The translations under genes and the position numbers were made by a program. Under the pieces are notes generated by a model. That model saw nothing but the letters and a program-made list of their open reading frames with translations. It did no database searches and was not told the DNA's origin. Below are positions 25,054 through 37,794 of a DNA stretch of 44,909 bases, in pieces. The stretch lies in contig NW_021835166.1 in NCBI RefSeq assembly GCF_006345805.1, forward strand, positions 1-44,909, given 5' to 3'. Position 1 is the first letter of the stretch; the number at the start of each line of letters is the position of its first letter. Source of the stretch: Octopus sinensis (taxonomy: Eukaryota).

Positions 25054-25914
25054 CTTTTTCACTTCCCCAGCGTTAAACTAATACATTTGTTATCTTCACC
25101 AACTGTCTTCGTCATTTGTTTTCTTTAGTTTTTTTGTGAATGCTCCCCTATATATAGAGATATATATGTGTGTGTATGTGTGTATGCATATATGTATATG
25201 TATATATATACACACACGCACTTACACACATATACACATATACGCACACACACACACACACGCACTCACACACATATATATATGCACACACACGCACATA
25301 CACACGTATGTATGTTACCATTTCAAGCACATAATACCAAAATAGAACTCTGAAATTAATGGTAAACCTACTGATATTAAAATATGAAAAAACGTATTTT
25401 AATGATACATTAAAAATGATGTCTTTAGACTGCAGCGCTTTGCTACTTACAAGTGTTGTTCACTGTCTCAATTTAAAATAGTTTAGGGTGAATATAAAAT
25501 AAATTTTTATTACAAAATATTTTATATGAATAAAATTAAGATATAATATTAACTATAGACATGTGTTTACTTTTATATATAAATTAAAGGAAAAGTATTT
25601 AATACAATAATTCTATAGGATGAGTTCGATATATAATGATAGCTATTTGGATAATGTTGCTTAAATAACACTGAGAACTTGCTAACTATAAAAATATGTT
25701 TTTTAAGGCTATATATAGTGTCTCAAGTACCATAAACCAAAATTGTGTCAGACAAAACCTTTTTACTACTAAATATGTAAAAGAATATACAGCAGAAAAA
25801 TTTAGAACAATACAACGGGTACAAAATTAAAGGAAAAAAAAGATTCTGAAAGTGAAAATAAACCACATAGAAGGTTAGAATAAGCATGTTAGGTTTCGAA
25901 TCCTATAATGTATT

Positions 25915-26470
25915 AAGGTGTCGGTTTCAAATTCTGTGACAAGGTCAGCAATTTTAGTCGAGGCTAGGTCGATTACATTGACCCCTGCGTCTCAACTGGT
26001 ACTTAGTTTATCGACCCCGAAATGATGAAAGGCAAAGTTAAGCGCGGTGAAATTTGAACTCGGGACATAAAAACTGACGGAATGCCGATTAGTATTTTGC
26101 TCGGCGCGTAAACGATTCTGCCAGTTGGCCACTTTAAATCCTATAAAACATTAGCTTCACATTTTTGACACAAGGCCAGCAATTTCAGGGAAGGGGCTAA
26201 GTCGATTACATCGATCTCCAGTATTCAACTGGTACGTTTTTATCGACTCCGAAAGGATGAAATACAAAGTCGACCTCGGGGAGAATTTGGATTCAGAAAG
26301 TAAAGACGGACGAAATACTGCTAAGCACTTCACCCGGTGTGCTAACGTGTCTGCCAGCTCGCCGCTTTATAGCATATAAATATTCTTTTCTACTCTAGGC
26401 ACAAGGCCAGGAATTTCGGAAGAGGAGGCCAGTCGATTAGATCAACCCCAGTGATTTATCGACCCCGAAA
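25915..26470 (-). mobile_element. three head-to-tail SINE family A copies
   Basis: reverse-oriented copies at about 25915-26130, 26150-26368 and 26385-26470 (partial), each with ACAAGG.CAG.AATTT..GTCGATTA.AT..ACCCC. Confidence 0.8.
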
Positions 26471-27019
26471 AGAAGTCGAAGCGTGGGGGTGGCGGTGGCA
26501 ATGGCAGCGGGGAAGGGGAGTCGCTAAAATATTGGAATGGAAGATGAATATAACGATGGCGGATCCAATGTAGGTGTTGAATTTTAATGTCAGATTTTCG
26601 TCTTTTACTATGTCGATGATGATGATGAGGAGGAGGATGAGGAGGAGGTCGTTATCAGATTTAAATGTGCACCTTAATGGAGATGAATTGCTGTTGCTGC
26701 TGGGGCCATTGTTGCTGATGATGTTAATGAAGTTGGTGGTGGTGGTTTTGGTGGTGGTGGTGGTTTTGGTGGTGGTGGTTTGTGGATGGTTTTTCTTTTG
26801 GTGGTGGTGCTGGTGGTGGTTTTGGTGGTGGTGGTGGTTGTGGATGGTTTTTGTTTTGGTGGTGGTGCTGGTGTGGTGGTGGTGCTGGTGGTGGTGCTGG
26901 TGGTGGTGGTGGTGGTGGTTGCAGCGACGACGGCGATTTTGGTGATAGTTGTGGTGATGACGATAGATGTGGTAGGTGTGGCGCTGGTGCCAGTGATGAT
27001 GATGATGATGATGGTGTGA

Positions 27020-27373
27020 TATTGTTTTCAGTCGTGTTTGTTTGTATTTGTTTGTTTGTTTGTCTGTGGACAAGATATCTCAAGAAGCGCTGGATAGATT
27101 CAGATGAAACTTTCAGTGATGTTTGGCCTCGTGAGTGGCACAAACTGATAAGATTTTGGGATCGATCCGGTGCCGGACAAAGATTCTGGATTATTTTTTC
27201 CTGTTTTTTTTTTTTACTTAATTTATTAGTGCGGTCGGGTTCATTTTTAATATTCTCGTTTGTGAGAGCAGTCGAGTTTATTTCAGATATTCTCATTTTA
27301 AAAATCCTCTCTGGTTAATCGTTGAGAGGACGTCGGTGTTGCCTTGGCGGAAGTTTGCGCTCTCTGAATGCTC

Positions 27374-27378
<5 letters not shown>
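27020..27378 (+). mobile_element. Helentron-associated (HINE/DINE-1-like) non-autonomous element, 5' end missing
   Basis: TGTTTTCAG..(GTTT)n-GTCTGTGGACAAGATATCTCAAGAA..GATGAAACTTT..GATCGATCCGG; 3' end CCTTGGCGGAAGTTTGCGCTCTCTGAATGCTCTTGTT, the typical HINE layout. Confidence 0.6.
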
Positions 27379-27417
<39 letters not shown>

Positions 27418-27418
27418 A

Positions 27419-28380
27419 TATGTTTCACTTTTGCTTTGTATTTGTACAAATTGATTCCAAGTCTCACTCAGAGACCTCAAGAGACAACAAGTTAGAAGTT
27501 CATCTTTGTGTTATGCCAAGGGTGTCGCATATTTAGTTTTGCACAGTATTGTTCTAGAGAATGTTTAAGAAAACATAGGAAAATTAAGAGTTTGTTTTAA
27601 AATTTGAGATTACATAGACATGAGCACTATCTTTAGAATTTCTGCCTTTTTGAGTTTTCCTGGTATGTGAGCTAGGTTCAATCAGCCCCTTTTGCTATCA
27701 TTCCAAGGACACCTATGACAACAGGTATTGTTTTAGTCTTCAGGTTCCACATTTTGCCAATTTCTATTTCAAGATCTTTATACTCTCTTTATATTTGCTC
27801 GGTTTTTGGTAGGGCTTGACAGATACGTTTATCTCGATTGGGACAGTCACATCAATGAGGAGGCATGACTTTTGTCTGAAGTCTTTTAATATAATGTCCG
27901 GACTATTCGCATCTATCTTTCTGTCAGCTTGAATGGTGAAGTTCCAGAGGAATGAGATGTGATCATTTTCAAGCACTGGGGGTGGTTTGTGCTCCCACTA
28001 GTTTTTTATCATGGGTTAGGTCCAGGCTTTTGCAAATTACCCAGCCAATATATTGTGCTGCTCTATCATACATTTTGAGATACTATGTAGGCGCAAGAAG
28101 ACTGCACATGAAGTCAACATGACCAATGGTATGTTCTTTAATATGTTGGCCTGGTAGTTTCTTGTACGTAGGCATTGATCTTGGACTGCTATGATAAACC
28201 CTTCTGTTTATGATTTAAGCCCAGAAGAAATAAACATTGATGTTTGTAAAACATCGGCACATATGATATCTATTTGGGTTTTGCCATGAGAGGGTTTTTC
28301 TTGACAGGCGGAGCAAGGAAGCCTAAAGAAGCCAGTTTAGCACGGGTTTTCACACGCTTAGCTTTTTTCTGTGCTTTTTT
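27419..28380 (-). mobile_element. 5'-truncated, decayed R4/Dong-like non-LTR retrotransposon (zinc-knuckle remnant, RLE domain, 3' UTR)
   Basis: minus-strand pieces TEGFIIAVQDQCLRTRNYQANILK, TIGHV..CSLLAP, WEHKPPPVLENDHISFLWNFTIQADRKIDANSPDIILKD..CLLIDVTVP..N..K..K..KY, KDLEIEIGKMWNLKTKTIPVVIGVLG (PD..D..K type RLE); 3' end runs into (AAC)n at 27375-27418. Confidence 0.88.
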
Positions 28381-28559
28381 CCAGTACGTCTAATTCTATG
28401 ATTGTTTGTATTTGGAATTCACTAAAATTCGTTTGCCTGTTTGTTACTGAGTATGATGCATTCTCCTTCTCTTTATTATATTATGTTATTGTTGTTGTTA
28501 TTGTTATTATTATTATTAGTAGTAGTAGTAGTAGTAGTAGTATATGTATGTATGTACAA

Positions 28560-28660
28560 CAGTCAACCTTGCCCAAGGTTCTCTGCAAAAGGACTGAACT
28601 CAAAACCACATGGTTGAAGAGTGAGCTTCTTAGCCACACACCCATGCCTACTCCGACAGA
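28560..28660 (-). mobile_element. SINE family B head, reverse
   Basis: CCTTGCCCAAGG..GGACTGAACTCAAAACCACATGGTTG..GAGCTTCTTAGCCACACA. Confidence 0.7.
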
Positions 28661-28779
28661 AATATTGTTAAAGACTCTCCAAAAGTAACCATCACGCCTT
28701 TTCTTTTTCCAAAACCATATATTTCTACATATCTACAACTGTTTATATTTTCTCTCTTTATATTCTATCTTCTCGTTGT

Positions 28780-28960
28780 TTTGGTCCTGAGACTGCGGCC
28801 ATGCTGCAGCATGAAATTTTAGTCGAATGAATCGACTCTTGTGACATTTTTAAGCCGGTATTTATTCTGTCGGTCACTTTAGCCGAACCGCATTGTTACG
28901 GGGACGTAAACATACCAACAGCGGTTGCCAAGCAGTGGTGAGGTCACAAACACAGACAAA
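28780..28960 (-). mobile_element. SINE family D fragment, reverse
   Basis: GACTGCGGCCATGCTGCAGCA..GTCGAATGAATCGAC..GTTACGGGGACGTAAACA. Confidence 0.65.
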
Positions 28961-28972
28961 AAGACAAACATA

Positions 28973-29020
<48 letters not shown>

Positions 29021-29539
29021 ACACACACACACACACAGATGCACACACATATATATATGTTCGCAATACTTTTTTTCGTTCGGCGTTAACAGCCCTTCTT
29101 ATCTTGTTTTTCCTTGTCCTGTCTTTTACTGTTTATAATTGTACTGTCGTTACTGTTCTGTTTTGTTACCATTTTTTACCCTCTGCGAAAAGATCTCAGA
29201 ATTTAATTGATTTGCTTTTCGCAGGAAGGAAAGTTTCTTGTCGAAAATACGTCTCGCTTTTATCCTTCGAAACGACGTAGATAGATGAAACCATAGCGAC
29301 TGAAGAAGGGTTTTTTTTCTTTGTGTTAATTGTCCTGTACTCTATATTTTGTGTTTTAAAAAAATGTCCAGTTCCTTTGGTTTGTGTCTATGTTTCGTTT
29401 CTCATTGTGTTCGACGTCCTTTTGGTGTCCTGTACTCATATATGCGTGTATATGTACATGTAGAGGTATGGTACGTTACATATATGTTTATAAGTATGCT
29501 ATTGTTTATTTATTTTATTTATTAATATATATGCATATG

Positions 29540-29660
29540 ACAGGCTTCTTTCAGTTTCCATCTACCAAATCCATCCAGAAGGCTTTGGTCGGCCCGAATC
29601 TATAGTAGAAAACTCTTACCCAAAGTGCCACGCAGTTGGGCCGAACCCGAAAACATTTGA
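29540..29660 (-). mobile_element. SINE family B, reverse
   Basis: GGCTTCTTTCAGTTTCCATCTACCAAATCCA..GGCTTTGGTCGGCCCG..CTATAGTAGAA..CCCAAAGTGCCACGCAGT. Confidence 0.8.
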
Positions 29661-29989
29661 CTGCGACACAAATTTACAAAGACGCTCCAGTTGTGACCAT
29701 CTCGCTTTAGTTTTAGAACGTTATTTATAGATTAATGACTACAGTTTACTGGCCCTGTCTCTTCTTCTGCTGATACAATCTCTAAGACGTTCCAACTATG
29801 ACCATCACATCTTATTCCTCAGTACTACATATATATTTTATACTATGTTACTGATGTTGATAATGCTGCTGCAGATAACTCTGCAGACGTTGTTGCATCT
29901 AATGTTGCAACAGTTACGGTTGTTCTTGTTGCTATTTTTGCTTTGAGGGGGGGGGGGCTGCCCCTCTTTTTTTTCTTTTTTTTTTGCTA

Positions 29990-30893
29990 ATATATTGTTG
30001 CTAATCATAATGTTGCTATCGTTTTTGTTTCACTGGTTCACTGACATTGCTCCTGTCGCATATAGTGATGCTTCGTGTGGTTTTTTTTTCGTTTTGCTTT
30101 CTTTCTTTTTTTTTGTACTTTTTGTTACTGATGGTGATGACGATGATAATGATGTTGATGTTGTTGTAGTCACCATTGTTTTGTTGTTGTTGTTGTTGTT
30201 GTCGGAGCTAATTAATGTTTTTAATTACTGCTAAAGTTACAATCTTTAATTGTCATCCTCATCATCTTCATCACCACCATCAAGCAGCGGCAGCAGCAGT
30301 AGCAACATCAGCAACAGCAGCAGCAGCAGCTACACCATTGCTATGCATCATTACTCATCTTCATCAGCCTCATCATCATCAGCAGCAGCAGCAGCATGGT
30401 TGTCATCTTCATCTTCGTTTTCATCATCACCATCATCCTCATCTCCATCTTCCTCATTATTGTGGTCACCACCGTCATCGCATTCGTCGCCATCATCAAC
30501 ATGACCGTCATCGTCATCATCATCATCGTCATCATCATCATCGTCATCATCATCATCCTTTTCTCCAATTCTTTCGTCACCACCGCCATCATCATCATCA
30601 TCGTAGTAGTAGTAGAAGTAGTTGTTACTGTTATTTCCTCGACCTTAGTTGTATTATTGTTGTTGTCACTGCCACAGTTTCTCTCTTATTAGACGTTGCT
30701 TTTTTATAGGCTGTTGGTTGTTGTTGTGTTGTAGCTGTTGTTATTCGCTCGTAATTAGCTGTTTCAATGAGCAATTCACAGCCTTCAGCCATTCCTGATG
30801 TTGATAGCAAAAACATAATTCCTCTTTCGTTTGCATTTCGATCAAAAGTTTAATACGTTAAGAGGGGAACGTGAATAATGACGACGGTGGTGG

Positions 30894-30935
<42 letters not shown>

Positions 30936-31810
30936 CGATGATGATGGTGGTGGTGGTGGTGGTGGTGGTGGGTGGTGATGATGATGATGACGACGACGAC
31001 GACGACGATGATGATGATGATGATGATAATAGCGATGATGATAGCGATGATGATGGTGGTGATGGTGGTGATGGTGGTGGTGGTGGTGGTGGTGGTGGTG
31101 GTGGTGGTGATGGTGGTGATGGTGCTAGTGGTGGTGAAGAAGAAGAAGAAGAAGAAGAAGAAGAAGAAGAAGAAATTGGTGGTGGTGGCGGTGCTGGTGG
31201 TGCTGGTGAAGAAGAAAAAAGAAGAGGAAAAAGAAGTAGAGGAAATTGGTGGTGGCGGTAGTGATGTTGGTGGTGGTGAAGGCCATTAACAACAGCAAAA
31301 ATAATCCACAATAACCTGATTGTCAACAATTAGCAATAATAATGATGTTGGTAATGACCTGGTGACGACGACGACGGCGACGATGAAGGTAATGATGATG
31401 GTGGTGGTGGTGATGATGATGATGGTGATGGTGGTGGTGATGGTGATGGTGGTGGTGGTGGTGGTGGTGGTGGTGGTGTTAATCGTGATGGTGATGATGA
31501 TTATGATCGTCGTCGTCGTCATCATCATCATCATCATCATCATCGTCATCATTATCATATTCCTCTTCATCATGGTGGCTGGCGGGGATGTGGTGGAGTA
31601 GTGGTGGTGCTGGCGGTGTGGTGGGGGGGGTAGTGGTGAGGATGATGATGATGATGATGATGATGGGAGGAGGAGGAGGAGGAGGAGGAGGAGGAGAACG
31701 CACGGCAGTGACGAAAGGAAAAGATAATGGTGGTTGAGGTGGTTACGATCGTGGTGGTGGTGGCGCTGGTGGTCGTGGTGGCTGTGGTGGTCGTCGTAGC
31801 TATAGTAGGA
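29990..31810. repeat. (CAT)n/(GAT)n/(GGT)n/(GAA)n low-complexity field
   Basis: direct reading. Confidence 0.95.
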
Positions 31811-32344
31811 ATGGTGGGGTGGGTTTGCAGAAGTACGTTAGAAGAGAAAGGAAAGGAAAAGCATATCGTTGAGAAGCCTCCTGCAGTGTCTATTAACGGC
31901 GATGATTTGATATTTAAAGCATTTGATAGCATAAATATGCAAGTCTCTTTCCTTGACATCTTAATGCTGGCTTTGACATTCACCCGTTCACAAACAGGCA
32001 CAGCACATATATACACATAGACACATACATACACACATAGTTACCATGTACACCACATGTGCACCCGCTTATTTGTTCATAGAGAGAGATATATACATAT
32101 ATACGTATAAATGCGTGTTCGTATATGAGTGTGTTTGTGTGTGTGTGTAATTACACGTGTATATGTAAAAATTTATTTGCACATATATCGATGTATATAT
32201 ATATATATATGCATTATGTATGTATATGTATATATATGTGTGTGTGTGTGTGTATACATATGTATATATACATATATGTATGTGTGTGTATATTTGTGAT
32301 ATATAACATATTATATATATATACATGTAATATATACATGTATA

Positions 32345-32394
<50 letters not shown>

Positions 32395-32462
32395 TATATA
32401 TATATAATATATATATATATATCCATATATAACCACATATATATGTATATATATTATCAGTC

Positions 32463-32620
32463 GCCCATGCATACCGGCCCGTCCCAACTCATTTCTGTAA
32501 CTTAGTGAAATAAAGTGTCTTGCTCAAGAACACAACACACAACCCGTCCTTGGTATCGAACTCAAAACCTCATGATTGTGATCTCGACACTCTAACCACA
32601 GAGTCATGCGCTTTTACTGT
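32463..32620 (-). mobile_element. tRNA-derived SINE, reverse
   Basis: GTGTCTTGCTCAAGAACACAACAC..GGTATCGAACTCA (reverse B-box)..CTCTAACCAC. Confidence 0.65.
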
Positions 32621-32768
32621 ACACTGATCAAACTTCATAATATTATAGATCCATTTCAGCCAAACCTTTCAAACGGTTTCATATTAGGTATTAGTTATTA
32701 GCCGGATATGGGTAGTTATATAACACAACGTGGTCTTCGGAGATGACGTGTACGGAAAAATATATACT

Positions 32769-32841
<73 letters not shown>

Positions 32842-33125
32842 ACACACATATAATAGAAATATATTCAGAAAGAAAATAGAAACTACATGTGGAAAAGAAA
32901 TGGGGAAAATAACAAGAAAAAAAAACGAAAATGCACATTGAATACGAAAAATGATAAAGGCTTTTTGTGAAAAGTAGCGATAAATGAATAGAATTAGATG
33001 AACTGAGGTGAGGAATTAAGAGGAATTAGAATTATTTTGAATTGTTAAAGAGATTCAAAGTCAAACCGGTATCGTCAGTGCTGTTCACTACATATATATA
33101 CACATATAGATAGATAGGTAGATAT

Positions 33126-34591
33126 GTTTCTTTATTAACCACACAGGGCTGCACACAGACAGGACAAAATTACAAGGTAGAGCTTTTCTTTTGGGGGTAA
33201 AAGAAGGGGGTTTGGTTTTCGATCAAAAGGGATCGTAAAGGGAAAGAAAGAGGACAAAAAAAGGGGGGAATAAAATAAAAAAAAAATGGGGGGAAGGGAA
33301 AAGAAAAAAAATTGATCAATAGGGATCGTTATCACAGAAATGTCAATATGAAGTGTAAAGGGGAGGACAGGTGAGGTTTACCCGTGGAAAGAAAAGCCTA
33401 CGGAAAAGACCACGGTAACCTCGGTCAATGAAGTCACATGTTATATTTCTTTTTTTTTTTTTTTTTTTGCAAATAAGCAACTCTCTCTATTCATTTTTAC
33501 GGTTCATAGAATCATAGTCAAGGTGGCTTCGTCATTCATACGTGCCATCCTTGCTACATTCACCCATCTTTTTTAAAACATTCACTAGTCAAAATTTGCC
33601 TCTCTACTCTCACTTTCCTCTTCAGGTGATACTTGAAGAAGTTGATGAGAGATTGACCAGAGAGGAAAGTGTTTGTCTCTAATCCTTTCAGACGCGTCCA
33701 CCAGATACATTCTTTCGCCATAGCCACAAGTATGATAAAAATAGCTCTTCCTTCCCGTTTGAAGGAAGGAGGCGTGACGATATTAACGATAGACTCGGCT
33801 GATAAACCGACTCGTACCACACGTGACAGCAGTCGTTCGACATAAGCCCACAGGTCGGAAATTGCTGGACACTGCACGATTGCGTGCAGAGCGGTTTCGT
33901 CGCTCTGCCCGCATCTCGGGCAGGTCGGCCCCGTGTTTCTCGAGCCATGCCTATAGAGATTATCCCGAACGGGTAGCGCTTCTCGGTAGCACCGCCAGGC
34001 CAGGGATCTCTGGAAGTTGTCTATAGGTCCCGGCCCGAAAGTCGTTTCAAACAGGCGGGTCAGGTATTCCTCGTTGACGCCCAGGTTTGCCCCAAGATCG
34101 TCGTCGTACCCCCCTCCACTAAACCCCTATAGAATGCTTTGGTTGCGTTGAAGTCACTCAAGGTCGACCCGGGACGGCAGAGTTGCTTGAGAGCAACGCG
34201 ACACTCGCAGTGCCATTCGCCCTTCCTCGGCCTCTTTTTGATCCACGACTGCAGTTCGGTCATGGAGACGAGCTGCGGAAAAGCGTGCCTCACAAACGGC
34301 GACCACACCTGTTCACCGTCGTCTACATAGAGCCGGAGATGTCGCAGTCTTAGCGCGTGTCTGCGCATCATCAACCACGGCATGCCCAGCCCTCCTTTTA
34401 ACGGGTGTTGACAGCAAATGGTTCGCCTGACCATCGGGACGCATCCTTTCCACAAGAAGCGGAAGAGAATGCGTTTTAGTTTGGTGATGGTAGGGTCGGG
34501 ACAAGGTACGACGGTCAGGCGGTAGTAGATGATGGACGCGATGTACGTGTTCGCCACCTCCGCCCGACCTTTTAGGGACAGTTTCCTCTCG

Positions 34592-34593
<2 letters not shown>
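33126..34593 (-). mobile_element. 5'-truncated Tx1/L1-clade LINE: RT thumb region, zf-RVT, 3' UTR with AATAAA
   Basis: minus strand RKLSLKGRAEVANTYIASIIYYRLTVVPCP..LFRFLWKG..VRRTICCQHPLKGGLGMP..; after a frameshift near 34110, LAWRCYREALPVRDNLYRHG..CPRCGQSDETALHAIVQCPAISDLW; second frameshift near 33570; AATAAA at 33136-33131. Confidence 0.92.
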
Positions 34594-34679
<86 letters not shown>

Positions 34680-34713
34680 GGATGGATGGATTGATGGATG
34701 GATGGATGGATAG

Positions 34714-34746
<33 letters not shown>

Positions 34747-35883
34747 AATAGAGAGAGAGGGAAATAGATAGAGATAGAGATAGATAGATAGATACATACA
34801 TACATACATATATAGATACATACATATATAGATACATACATACATGTGCATGCATACACGCATGCGCACACATACACATACACACATACATACATACATA
34901 CATACATACATACATACATACATACATACAAACATACATACATACATACATACATACGTACGTACGTACGTACGTATTCACATATGCACATGTGATCTCA
35001 GTAAAACATGTTATTGTAAATCTAATGCGGTAAAATATATTATATAATGCAACATAAATAGCTTATTTACTCCAAACGTTGCAAAACTGCCTTCACACGC
35101 TCTTTCTAGCATGGTCTATAAGAAAAAAGCGTATTTTCAAAGTCACATATTGTTTTTTTATGAAGAACGAAACTCCGAATATTTCCAGATTTTCGACTTT
35201 CATCTTTAAGAGTCAATATTTCGGTTAAGAAAGAATAGATTAAAATTGTACACAGAGAAAATGGATGACAGGGTTCTGTCTTATTCTATAAAAACTCTGA
35301 AAAGGTATTCGGAATGTCAAGAAGTACACTTTTAAGTTTCCTTTAAATTTATGTTTAAGAATTTTTTTATTAACTTTCAAATCAAACGTTAAGTGTAAAG
35401 GCTCCGACTACAACTTGGATAACAAGATTACGTACATTTTGGATTTTGTTTGTTTTTTGTTTTTTTTTTCATTTTATGTTAGATGTCTTCAAAGTAAAAG
35501 AAATCCCATGTTGATATGGATAGAGCAAAAAAGAAACTTGGTATTCTTCGTGAAACAGGCACACACTATATTCTGTAATCTACGAGGTATGTGATGAAGG
35601 TAAAAAAAATCCCTATTTTCATGCCTACTCTAAAGAAAACGGGTCTAAGATTCCAGAAAATATGTTTTCTCTCTTCCGCTGGTAGAATCAAACATATCAC
35701 CTTTGCATAATGCGTGTAGGTGGGGTGGTGAGCCTCTGTTTGGGTGTGTGAGGGAGTGTGCGTTATATAATATTCACACATACATTCAAACGCACTCAAG
35801 TGCAAACCTACTCGCTCCCATACATGCATGCATATTAGTTCCCATACATGCATGCATATGTTGTTATAAATATACTGTACATA

Positions 35884-36758
35884 GGAGGTCTGATCGATAA
35901 GTATCCGGACTGTTGCCATAGTAATGAAGCTAAAACACATAGAGTGGAACCGCTTGGCGCAGATTGACCGTGACCTCTGCTGTGCAAGCGCACTAAGTTT
36001 TAACCTTATAGAGCACTTCCTCTGTTTGTAGTAGGTCTTCGAAGTAACGTGTGCAACATGTGATCGTTGCATTGACCATGACAGAGAAAGTTGTCATTGC
36101 GATACATGCTCAGGGGCCTACACAAAGTTGCAGAAAGTGTATAGAGAGGAGTGCATGAGCCGCGCACAAGTGTACGAGTGGTTCAGAATTTCCAAGATGG
36201 TCGAAAAATGTCGATAGTGGCGAACGTTCTGGGTAACCCGCAACCAGCAGAACTGAGAAAAACATCGCAGATGTGCGAGTAGATGTGAAGGGAAATCGTC
36301 GAACCACCATCTGTAAGTTAACAAAGGGTGTACGGATTAGTTACGGTTCAGTTCAGTCCATTATCACTGAAGAGCTGGGTATGAAATGCGTGTCTGCCAA
36401 GTTTGTGCCAAAACTGCTTTCAGCAGACCAAAAGAACACTTGGGTTTCAGTTGCACAAGATCTCTTTGATTCTGTTGAGAACGATGAAAACATTTTGAAA
36501 ACTTTGCGTATACCTATGAGCTGGTATCACCAAGCTTTTGGCAAAATTTGATGCAGATTCTCAGCTCAGCTTTCTCTGCCATAGTCAATGTGGCGAACAC
36601 ACGCTTCACAGTGTAAACAGCGGAGGTGAGCTAGAACGTTAAAACTTAGTACGCATGCACAGCAGAATTCAAGGTTATTTTGTACCAAGCGGCTTTACTC
36701 TGCGTGCTTTAGCTTTGTTACTATGGCAACAGCCCAGATACTTATTGACCAGGCCACG
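35884..36758 (+). mobile_element. mariner-derived element made of two inverted 5' ends, TA on both sides
   Basis: TA|GGAGGTCTGATCGATAAGTATCCGGACTGTTGCCATAG ... CTATGGCAACAGCCCAGATACTTATTGACCAGGCCACG|TA; left arm encodes YTKLQKVY..CMSRAQVYEW..NRRTTI..ISYGSVQSIITEELGMKCVSAKFVPKLLS (WVPHEL-like); no DD34D region. Confidence 0.85.
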
Positions 36759-37059
36759 TATATATAAATATACATACATACTATGTACGCACGCACGTAC
36801 GAACATGTATATATACTTAATCAAAAGGATACAAAAGTGATTCAAGCACCAAGAATTTTATGCATAACCATTAACAAATACCCTGCGCAGTGAGTGCATG
36901 CGTGGGTGGGGGTGGGGTAGAGCATATGTGGTACTTACTACTTCAAGTAGATGTCTCACGTGTTCCAAAATATAAGAATATTAAACTTTACAATAAAACG
37001 ATGTTGTCCTTACAGAGAATGCTTAGATATATAATATTTGCGTTTGTGGTACCGCGTAT

Positions 37060-37195
37060 ATAACGCCGTGTATAAAACTCACCAAAAAGTAGTAGCGATT
37101 TGTTGGACTAAAACCCTTGAAGGAGGTGATCCAGCTTAGCCGCAGTCCAATGACTGAAACAAGTAAAAGATAAAACATAAAAGTTACATGCTCTT
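37060..37195 (+). mobile_element. SINE family D tail
   Basis: GGAGGTGATCCAGCTTAGCCGCAGTCCAATGACTGAAACAAGTAAAAGATAAAA. Confidence 0.7.
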
Positions 37196-37794
37196 CTGTC
37201 TTCATTTCCTTATCCTTGTCATGTCTAAGTAACATTAGCGTTAAATATTGAGAGGAATTTTCCCGATTCGATATTGTCGAATACTATCCATCAATGTGTA
37301 ACCCCCCCCTCCTCTCTGAGGACCGGGAATTTAGGAGGACGCGTCATAATCTATATTATACTGATGTCGATATAATAATGCACGCTAAGGGTTCACTGGT
37401 TTTAGAGAGTCACTGCACAGTTGAAGGATACTAAGCATTCATTTGATTATTCATCCTAAAAGGATTATATATAGATTTAACACCTTAGACAAAGAAGCTT
37501 TCTGAAACGACGAACCAGCTGTTCTTACCAAAATAGACGAACAAAGAGGAACCTACATTGTCTCATAAAAAACTCTGCTGCTATAATATAAACATATAAA
37601 CATACAGGTACAGAAACATGTATGTATGCATATATGTATGTGAATGTATATGCAAGCGTGTGTGTATGTTTGTGTGTGTGTGTGTGTGTGTTGTGTGTGT
37701 GTGTGTGTGCGTGTGTGCGTGCGTGTATGTATAGATAGAGAGAGAGAGAGGAGGAAATTTATTTCATTCCACACGAGTAGAAATATAGAAAACA

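Noticed and set aside
33055-33092. CTGACGA motif on the minus strand next to the Tx1 3' end
   Set aside because: No GAAA or NUH follows at a suitable distance.
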